Source: a virus
Taxonomy: Duplodnaviria > Heunggongvirae > Uroviricota > Caudoviricetes
Direction: 5' to 3' (one strand)
IMG/VR virus record: IMGVR_UViG_2740892219_000011
Length of the DNA stretch: 33,830 bases
This document shows, piece after piece, positions 27,416 to 33,830 of the stretch. The position numbers and the translations under genes are program-made. The notes beneath the pieces are model-generated. The model worked only from the letters and a program-made list of their open reading frames with translations. It did not search any database and had not been told where the DNA came from. Position 1 is the first letter of the stretch; each line of letters begins with the position of its first letter.

Positions 27416-28547
27416 TACCGTCACGCTGCGAACGGATGGCAGGCTTTTTACCGGCTGGACGTCAGTCTCTGTCACCCGCTCGATTGAATCCGTAGCCGGA
27501 TATTTTGAGCTGGGGGTGAACGTGCCACCGGGCACGGATTTATCCGGGCTGGCACCGGGGAAGAAGTTCACGCTCGAAATCGAGGGGCAGATTGTCTGCA
27601 CCGGTTATATCGATTCACGGCGACGCCAGATGACCGCTGACAGTATGAAAATCACTGTCGCCGGACGTGACAAAACGGCTGACCTGATTGACTGTGCTGC
27701 CGTTTACAGTGGCGGGCAGTGGAAAAACCGCACACTGGAACAGATTGCGCGTGACCTGTGCGCTCCTTATGGCGTTACCGTTCGCTGGGAGCTTTCCGAT
27801 AAGGAAAGTTCGGCAGCTTTTCCCGGCTTCACGCTGGACCATTCAGAAACCGTTTATGAGGCGCTGGTGCGTGCCTCCCGCGCACGCGGTGTACTGATGA
27901 CCAGCAATGCCGCAGGAGAGCTGGTATTCAGCCGGGCTGCCAGCACAGCCACTGATGAGCTGGTTCTCGGAGAAAATCTGCTGACACTGGATTTTGAGGA
28001 AGACTTCCGCGACCGGTTCAGCGAATACACCGTCAAGGGGTATGCCCGCGCAAACGGTGCTGAGGGTGATGATATTGATGCGAAAAGTATCGTCTCCCGG
28101 AAAGGGACCGCCACTGACAGTAATGTGACCCGTTACAGACCGATGATCATCATTGCCGACAGCAAAATTACGGCGAAGGATGCACAGGCCCGCGCCCTGC
28201 GTGAGCAACGCCGCAGACTGGCAAAATCCATCACCTTTGAGGCAGAAATTGACGGATGGACACGCAAGGACGGGCAACTCTGGATGCCGAACCTGCTGGT
28301 CACTATTGATGCATCGAAATATGCCATCAAAACCACAGAATTACTGGTCAGCAAAGTCACCCTGATACTGAATGACCAGGACGGGCTGAAAACCCGCGTC
28401 AGCCTTGCACCACGCGAAGGCTTTCTGGTGCCGGTTGAAAGCGACCGTAAAAACAGGAAAGGCGACGACAGTAACGGCGGTATTGATGCGCTGGTTGAAG
28501 ATTATTATCGCAGACACCCGGAGAAAACGCCGCCGTGGAAAGAGTAA
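27408..28547 (+). CDS. P: Baseplate hub protein, 379 aa
   Basis: Order and size in the Mu baseplate cluster. Confidence 0.65.
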   Translation: MSNTVTLRTDGRLFTGWTSVSVTRSIESVAGYFELGVNVPPGTDLSGLAPGKKFTLEIEGQIVCTGYIDSRRRQMTADSMKITVAGRDKTADLIDCAAVYSGGQWKNRTLEQIARDLCAPYGVTVRWELSDKESSAAFPGFTLDHSETVYEALVRASRARGVLMTSNAAGELVFSRAASTATDELVLGENLLTLDFEEDFRDRFSEYTVKGYARANGAEGDDIDAKSIVSRKGTATDSNVTRYRPMIIIADSKITAKDAQARALREQRRRLAKSITFEAEIDGWTRKDGQLWMPNLLVTIDASKYAIKTTELLVSKVTLILNDQDGLKTRVSLAPREGFLVPVESDRKNRKGDDSNGGIDALVEDYYRRHPEKTPPWKE

Positions 28548-29128
28548 ATGATTCCGCCCTGAACCGCCTGCTGATGCCGCTGATGCGTCGTGTGCGCCTG
28601 ATGCTTGCGCGCGCTGTTGTTAACGTGATTAACGACGGGCGAAAGGTTCAGAACCTGCAGGTCGGCCTGCTGGATGATGAGGAATCTGATGAAGTGGAGC
28701 GCCTGCAAAATTACGGGCATTTCAGCGTTCCCCTGCCGGGAGCAGAGGCGCTGATTGCCTGTGTGGGCGCACAACGTGATCAGGGGATTGCTGTTGTGGT
28801 GGAAGACCGCCGCTACCGCCCGACAAATCTTGAACCGGGTGATGCAGGCATTTACCACCACGAGGGGCATCGTATCAGGCTGACAAAGGACGGACGCTGC
28901 ATCATTACCTGTAAAACGGTTGAGGTTTACGCTGATGAAAGTATGACAGTTGACACACCCAGAACCACGTTTACCGGCGACGTTGAGATCCAGAAAGGTC
29001 TGGGCGTTAAAGGTAAAAGCCAGTTCGACAGCAATATTACTGCCCCGGATGCCATCATCAATGGCAAATCGACGGATAAGCATATCCACCGTGGCGACAG
29101 CGGCGGAACCACGGGGCCAATGCAATGA
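28535..29128 (+). CDS. Baseplate central spike protein (gpV-like), 197 aa
   Basis: Probable GTG start at 28535 with GGAGAAAA upstream; position in the baseplate cluster. Confidence 0.6.
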   Translation: MERVNDSALNRLLMPLMRRVRLMLARAVVNVINDGRKVQNLQVGLLDDEESDEVERLQNYGHFSVPLPGAEALIACVGAQRDQGIAVVVEDRRYRPTNLEPGDAGIYHHEGHRIRLTKDGRCIITCKTVEVYADESMTVDTPRTTFTGDVEIQKGLGVKGKSQFDSNITAPDAIINGKSTDKHIHRGDSGGTTGPMQ

Positions 29129-29562
29129 CCGATTTAGCCATTATCTGGACGAACGGACGCGGCGATATTGCACAGGATGGCATTGATATGCTGACCGACG
29201 ACAGCCTGACAACCGATGTGACAATCTCCCTGTTTACCGACCGGCGCGCGCTGGATTCTGACACGCTGCCGGATGGTTCAGATGATCGCCGTGGATGGTG
29301 GGGTGACAGTTACCGCGACCGCCCCATCGGTTCGCGGTTGTGGCTGTTATCACGTGAAAAAGCCACACCGGATACGCTGGAACGCGCCAGAGGGTATGCC
29401 GAAGAGGCGCTGGAATGGCTGAAAACAGCGGGCCGGGTAAGTGCGATTAACGTCAGAGTGGAACAGTTACATCAGGGCTGGTTATACCTCTACATTGCAC
29501 TGACATTACCGGATGGTTCCGTTATTCCTTATGAGTTTAAAGCAGCATTTAACGGGGTTTAA
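29125..29562 (+). CDS. Baseplate wedge protein (gp25/GPW-like), 145 aa
   Basis: Size and position; translationally coupled. Confidence 0.6.
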   Translation: MTDLAIIWTNGRGDIAQDGIDMLTDDSLTTDVTISLFTDRRALDSDTLPDGSDDRRGWWGDSYRDRPIGSRLWLLSREKATPDTLERARGYAEEALEWLKTAGRVSAINVRVEQLHQGWLYLYIALTLPDGSVIPYEFKAAFNGV

Positions 29563-30645
29563 ATGGCTTATTCACCACCGACATTATCATCGCTGATTGC
29601 CCGTACAGAACAGAATATTGAACAGCGCCTGCCGGGTAGCTGGCCTCAGGCCCGTGAAAAAACGCTGAGTGCCATTGCTTATGCTCAGGCAGGCCTTGCT
29701 GCCGGTTGTCACGAGCATATTTCATGGGTTGGACGGCAGATTATCCCGTCGACAGCAGATGAAGATGAGTTGCTGGAGCACTGCCGGTTCTGGGGCGTGC
29801 GCCGCAAACAGGCGACAGCCGCCAGCGGCCCGCTGACTGTCACCACATCGGCAGCGACCACCATTCCTGCCGGTACACGCTGGCAGCGTGCTGATGGTGT
29901 GGTTTACAGCCTGGCTGATGCCATTGTGATTGACCGTGCAGGAACGACGGAAATTACCGTTACCGCACTGGCTGCCGGTGAAGCAGGAAATACCGGTGAG
30001 AATACCCTTTTAACGTTGATCACCCCGGTTGCCTGTGTTGTTTCCGATGCCATCACTGTAAAAGGGTTTTCCGGTGGGGCAGATATTGAGAGTGCAGCGG
30101 AGCTGCTGTCACGGCTGGAATATCGTGTCCAGTATCCTCCGTTCGGCGGTAATCAGTTTGATTACGTCCGCTGGGCACGTGAAGTCAGCGGCGTTACCCG
30201 TGCCTGGTGTTTTCCGACATGGAAAGGCGGTGGCACAGTCGGGGTGACGTTTGTTATGGATAACCGGATCAATATTTTTCCACAACCGGCAGATGTGGAA
30301 CGTGTGGCGGATTATATCGCCGGTCATACTGACCCGATAACCGGCCTGATTGTCGGGCAGCCTGATGGTGTAAATGTCACGGTATTTGCGCCAAAGGCAA
30401 AGCCGGTAAATCCACGGATTTATATATCACCGAAGACAGCCGAACTGAAACAGGCTATTACTCACGCCATTAATACCATGTTTTTTAATGAGGTGACGCC
30501 GGGCGGCGCACTTGCCCCCTCCCGTATTATCCGTGCGGTGGCAGGTGTTACCGGTCTGGATGATTTTGAAGTGCGTTTCCCGACAGAGATCCAGCGTTCG
30601 GAGAATACGGAACTGTTAACACCGGGGACAATTGAATGGCTGTAA
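29563..30645 (+). CDS. Baseplate wedge protein (J-like), 360 aa
   Basis: Size and position between the small wedge protein and the tail-fibre-proximal gene. Confidence 0.65.
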   Translation: MAYSPPTLSSLIARTEQNIEQRLPGSWPQAREKTLSAIAYAQAGLAAGCHEHISWVGRQIIPSTADEDELLEHCRFWGVRRKQATAASGPLTVTTSAATTIPAGTRWQRADGVVYSLADAIVIDRAGTTEITVTALAAGEAGNTGENTLLTLITPVACVVSDAITVKGFSGGADIESAAELLSRLEYRVQYPPFGGNQFDYVRWAREVSGVTRAWCFPTWKGGGTVGVTFVMDNRINIFPQPADVERVADYIAGHTDPITGLIVGQPDGVNVTVFAPKAKPVNPRIYISPKTAELKQAITHAINTMFFNEVTPGGALAPSRIIRAVAGVTGLDDFEVRFPTEIQRSENTELLTPGTIEWL

Positions 30646-31178
30646 CACCCTATCAGACGGCCTTTCTGCAATTACTGCCGTCAGGGCTTGCCTGGAATAA
30701 AAGCCCCGACAGCAAATTATCTGCGCTGGCGCAGGCCATCAGCGACGTGATTGCCACTGCGGCGGATGATGCGCGGCAAATGCTGCGGGAGCGTTTCCCG
30801 TCCACATCCCGCTGGTATCTGGGGGAGTGGGAATCATTTCTGGGGTTGCCGGACTGTACCAGCGAAAACGGCACCCTGTCCGAACGCCAGCGGGCTGCCG
30901 CGAATAAAATGCGTATGACCGGCAATCTGAGTCGGCGCTTTTATGAATGGCTGGCTGCGCAGTACGGTTTTACCGTCAGGCTGACGGATTCCACAGAAGG
31001 CCAGTGGGTTACGCAGGTCAATATTTACGGTATTAAAAATTATCGCAACGCAACGGTGCTGGATAATGTTCTGACGCCGTTACGTGTTTATGAATCGGGT
31101 GCGCTGGAATGTTTACTGGAGAAATATAAACCCGCACATCAGATTTATAAATTTGTTTACCATGACGGAGATAACTAA
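30636..31178 (+). CDS. Baseplate / tail-fibre attachment protein (gpI-like), 180 aa
   Basis: Last baseplate gene before tail fibre S. Confidence 0.6.
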   Translation: MAVTPYQTAFLQLLPSGLAWNKSPDSKLSALAQAISDVIATAADDARQMLRERFPSTSRWYLGEWESFLGLPDCTSENGTLSERQRAAANKMRMTGNLSRRFYEWLAAQYGFTVRLTDSTEGQWVTQVNIYGIKNYRNATVLDNVLTPLRVYESGALECLLEKYKPAHQIYKFVYHDGDN

Positions 31179-32299
31179 TGTTTTATATTGATAACGACAG
31201 CGGCGTAACCGTCATGCCGCCCGTATCCGCCCAGCGTAGTGCTATCGTTCGCTGGTTTTCAGAAGGTGACGGGAATAATGTTATCACATGGCCCGGCATG
31301 GACTGGTTTAATATTGTGCAGGCGGAGTTATTAAACACGCTGGAAGAAGCCGGTATTCAACCGGATAAAACAAAATTAAACCAGCTTGCACTGTCCATTA
31401 AAGCCATTATGAGCAATAACGCGCTGCTGATAAAAAATAACCTCAGCGAAATTAAAACTGCCGGGGCATCAGCACAGCGTACAGCACGTGAAAATCTGGA
31501 TATCTGGGATGCCAGCCTGAACAAAAAAGGACTCGTTCAGCTAACCAGTGCCACTGACAGCCCCAGTGAAACGCTGGCAGCCACCGCAAAAGCGGTGAAA
31601 ATTGCGATGGATAAAAACCTCGGTTTACAGGAAACTGTAAAATTAGCTTCGGAAGCGTTATCAACATATGGCGGGGTGGTTAACGGTGATGTGATTATCA
31701 AGGGCATTCTCTCGTTAATTGGGAATGAATTACTTATTGAAAAAGATAATGGCTTTTCTGGTATTCACATCAGAAACAAGAGCACGGTTGCAGGAAGTGC
31801 AAATGGAGTCGATTTCTCATTTGGCGGAGCGATTATGTCATCGCTCATTTGCGGAATAATGGAAAATGGCGCGAACTACATAGATGTTGCATTGTCTCCG
31901 GCAGGCAATATTTCTGACCGCCGCAAGGTTGCATTTACTTTGGATGGAAATATCAGGCAGTTAATTCCCCAGAATGGATGGAGCATTCAGGGGTATACAA
32001 AAAACAGTGATTTTACCCAGGCGATGGCCGATGCTGGCTGGGTACGTTTTCCAAATGGCATCATTTTTCAATGGTGTTGGGGAAATACTGATGCCAGTGG
32101 CTGGGCATCTGCCCCGTTTCCTGTTGGTTGGCCTGTTCGTTGCTTTGGTTTGTTAGCCTGTAACGTTGCTGGTGACTCGATAGCAAGTGCAATTGCGGGT
32201 GTTAAAAGATTAAATGATCGCGATATGCAGGTCACGTTAATGGAAAGGTCTGGGGTTGCTGTTTCTAAACCATTCTTCTGTATTGGTGTGGGGTGTTAA
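31178..32299 (+). CDS. S: Tail fibre protein S, with constant part and G-segment variable part, 373 aa
   Basis: Followed by a tail-fibre assembly gene and by inverted U'-S' on the minus strand; a gix-like recombination site lies inside the ORF. Confidence 0.8.
   Translation: MFYIDNDSGVTVMPPVSAQRSAIVRWFSEGDGNNVITWPGMDWFNIVQAELLNTLEEAGIQPDKTKLNQLALSIKAIMSNNALLIKNNLSEIKTAGASAQRTARENLDIWDASLNKKGLVQLTSATDSPSETLAATAKAVKIAMDKNLGLQETVKLASEALSTYGGVVNGDVIIKGILSLIGNELLIEKDNGFSGIHIRNKSTVAGSANGVDFSFGGAIMSSLICGIMENGANYIDVALSPAGNISDRRKVAFTLDGNIRQLIPQNGWSIQGYTKNSDFTQAMADAGWVRFPNGIIFQWCWGNTDASGWASAPFPVGWPVRCFGLLACNVAGDSIASAIAGVKRLNDRDMQVTLMERSGVAVSKPFFCIGVGC
31609..31634. other. gix-like DNA-invertase crossover site (left boundary of the invertible G segment) inside S
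   Basis: Reverse complement reads TTCCTGTAAACCGAGGTTTTTATCC, closely resembling the Gin/Hin recombination site consensus as I recall it. Confidence 0.6.
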
Positions 32300-32301
32300 T
32301 C

Positions 32302-32778
32302 ATGTCCAGTAAAATATTCTATAGTGCCAGGAATAATACGTTTTTCTTTGAATCCATGAAACCGGACTATGAAAAATCAGGCGCATGGCCTGACGATTTG
32401 GTGGCAGTCACAAACGATATGTATGAAGAGTTTACGGGAAGACCGCCAGAGGGAAAAAAGAGAGGCCGTGATGAATCTGGTTTCCCTACATGGATTGATG
32501 TATCAGAACCAACAACAGAGCAGTTAATCGCATTAAAAGAGCAGAAGAAAAAGGATTTAGCCGAGATTGCGAACACAGAAATTGCCTGGCGGCAGGATGC
32601 TGTTGACGCAGGGATGGCGACAGAAGCAGAAATCACTGTACTGGCTGAATGGAAAAAATATCGTGTGCTGCTTATGCGTATTGATACATCAACCGCGACG
32701 GATATTGAGTGGCCCGCTGTTCCAGACGAACAAAGCGGCAAAGAGAGCAGCGCAGAGGATGTGAAAACGACGCTATAA
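32302..32778 (+). CDS. U: Tail fibre assembly protein, 158 aa
   Basis: ATG 32302 just after the S stop (the track ORF begins at GTG 32293); small acidic protein downstream of the fibre gene. Confidence 0.75.
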   Translation: MSSKIFYSARNNTFFFESMKPDYEKSGAWPDDLVAVTNDMYEEFTGRPPEGKKRGRDESGFPTWIDVSEPTTEQLIALKEQKKKDLAEIANTEIAWRQDAVDAGMATEAEITVLAEWKKYRVLLMRIDTSTATDIEWPAVPDEQSGKESSAEDVKTTL

Positions 32779-32882
32779 TACCAGCACAATTATTATCATT
32801 TTTGTTATTTTGTATTTCCTTGCTTTCCGCAGTCATGTGGATATGGAAAAGCCTGGATGGCCACAAAAGCCTGAGTAAAATT

Positions 32883-32902
32883 AAGGCCCGATAACGGGCC
32901 TT
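32883..32902. terminator. Hairpin between convergent U and U' (probable terminator)
   Basis: AAGGCCCG-ATAA-CGGGCCTT perfect stem immediately 3' of the U' stop on the minus strand, flanked by A/T runs. Confidence 0.55.
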
Positions 32903-32904
32903 TC

Positions 32905-33438
32905 TCATTCTGGTTGTTCGGGGAATGTTACCGGCAGGCTGGAGGTGTCTGTGGATTCGACTTTCTGCGCATAGAGCATCCACTCGGTTAATTTCTGTTT
33001 ATTCTCATCGGAAATGATGCCCAGCCGTAGCTGTGAGTCCCATAGCTGGGTTTTATCCCTGACAAGTTGCAACAGGCTTTGTTTTTCATTCTCTGCCTGC
33101 TGCCTCTGCTCTTCCCCGGTATAAGTTCGCTTTATCACCGCACCATCTTTGAACATCCATTTACCCGAAATATCAGCCCGGCGATTTGCTGTAATATCAG
33201 GTAATTCAACGACGCTTGCGCCTTCTGGATTAATTGCTGAAACATCCTTTTCAATACAAATAATAACGCCGTTATGGTCATAGACCATTTTCAACGTATC
33301 AGACTGGAAATTCTTTTGTTCCTCATACCAGTTTTTTCCATCCTCTGTATAAAGCCATTTGATGTTAAATTGCTTTGTTAGCTGATATTGCTCTTTTGTT
33401 TTAGGATTGCCAGCAGTAATGTTTTTTAAGTGCATCAT
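32905..33438 (-). CDS. U': Alternative tail fibre assembly protein, 177 aa
   Basis: Minus-strand ORF inside the G segment, typical Tfa-like protein, convergent with U. Confidence 0.8.
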   Translation of the reverse strand: MMHLKNITAGNPKTKEQYQLTKQFNIKWLYTEDGKNWYEEQKNFQSDTLKMVYDHNGVIICIEKDVSAINPEGASVVELPDITANRRADISGKWMFKDGAVIKRTYTGEEQRQQAENEKQSLLQLVRDKTQLWDSQLRLGIISDENKQKLTEWMLYAQKVESTDTSSLPVTFPEQPE

Positions 33439-33440
33439 CG

Positions 33441-33830
33441 TTAAATACTCCCCGCGTTATACCACGTCCCATTAATGCAATACTGAATTGGCCTTGCCTG
33501 AGTTGTATCAATTAATTCGTCACGGTTTCCGTTAACTGAACCTGTAACGACATAACCTGACTTATCAGACCAACCAGGCCCATTCCATGTTTGAACAGAT
33601 GACAGTCCTCCTAAACGGACACCTGTAATAAATCGTGAATTACATTCCGCTTTAGTATATGCACCAACATCTCCTGCTGAAGGTTTTCTGGTGGTGGTGT
33701 AAAATTCGGACCAGTCGGCTTCAAAACCATAACCATCACGGGCTGAACGATAAAAGATACCGCCGTTCTTATAATTCACGCGGAACTGTACTGCCGGACA
33801 ACTACCCGTATTCATATTGAAATGAAGAAT
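33441..33830 (-). CDS. S': Alternative tail fibre variable C-terminal part, partial; 5' end lies beyond the window
   Basis: Minus-strand ORF ending at 33441; the frame stays open to the window edge. Gly/Asn/Thr-rich receptor-binding-like C-terminus, unrelated to the C-terminus of S. Confidence 0.7.
   Translation of the reverse strand: MLHFNMNTGSCPAVQFRVNYKNGGIFYRSARDGYGFEADWSEFYTTTRKPSAGDVGAYTKAECNSRFITGVRLGGLSSVQTWNGPGWSDKSGYVVTGSVNGNRDELIDTTQARPIQYCINGTWYNAGSI

Noticed and set aside
32709-32894. 61-aa + ORF between U and U'
   Set aside because: Begins inside U in another frame, no RBS, and runs into the inter-gene hairpin; likely non-coding.
1-33830. CRISPR arrays, tRNA or rRNA genes
   Set aside because: No regularly spaced direct repeats of CRISPR type and no cloverleaf-like or rRNA-like segments noticed; coding density leaves no room outside the described gaps.

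Overview
The window is almost entirely one Mu-family transposable prophage, read left to right from the stop codon of the immunity repressor c (minus strand) into the invertible G segment. Order on the + strand: ner, transposase A, target activator B, a block of small early genes including kil and gam, gemA, mor, the middle operon ending in C, a lysis cassette, terminase D/E, portal H, F, G, protease/scaffold I (with nested Z), capsid T, J, K, sheath L, tube M, chaperone Y, tape measure, N, baseplate genes, and tail fibre S-U followed by inverted U'-S'. Gene calls rest on reading the translated ORFs against remembered Mu gene order, sizes and motifs; no database search was run. Gam and the structural genes look Mu-like, while the repressor, Ner, the Ner operator and the N-terminus of A look like the D108 immunity type (from memory, needs alignment). 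No rRNA, tRNA or CRISPR array was seen. The best candidate for something undescribed is an AT-richer island at about 7.1-7.95 kb holding a decamer tandem repeat, a zinc-ribbon ORF and a reverse-oriented, strongly acidic 119-aa ORF inside the early operon. Other points worth a look are an alternate reading frame that stays open across the Y/tape-measure gap, a motif shared by three late-gene upstream regions, the long G-I gap, and a gix-like site inside S.
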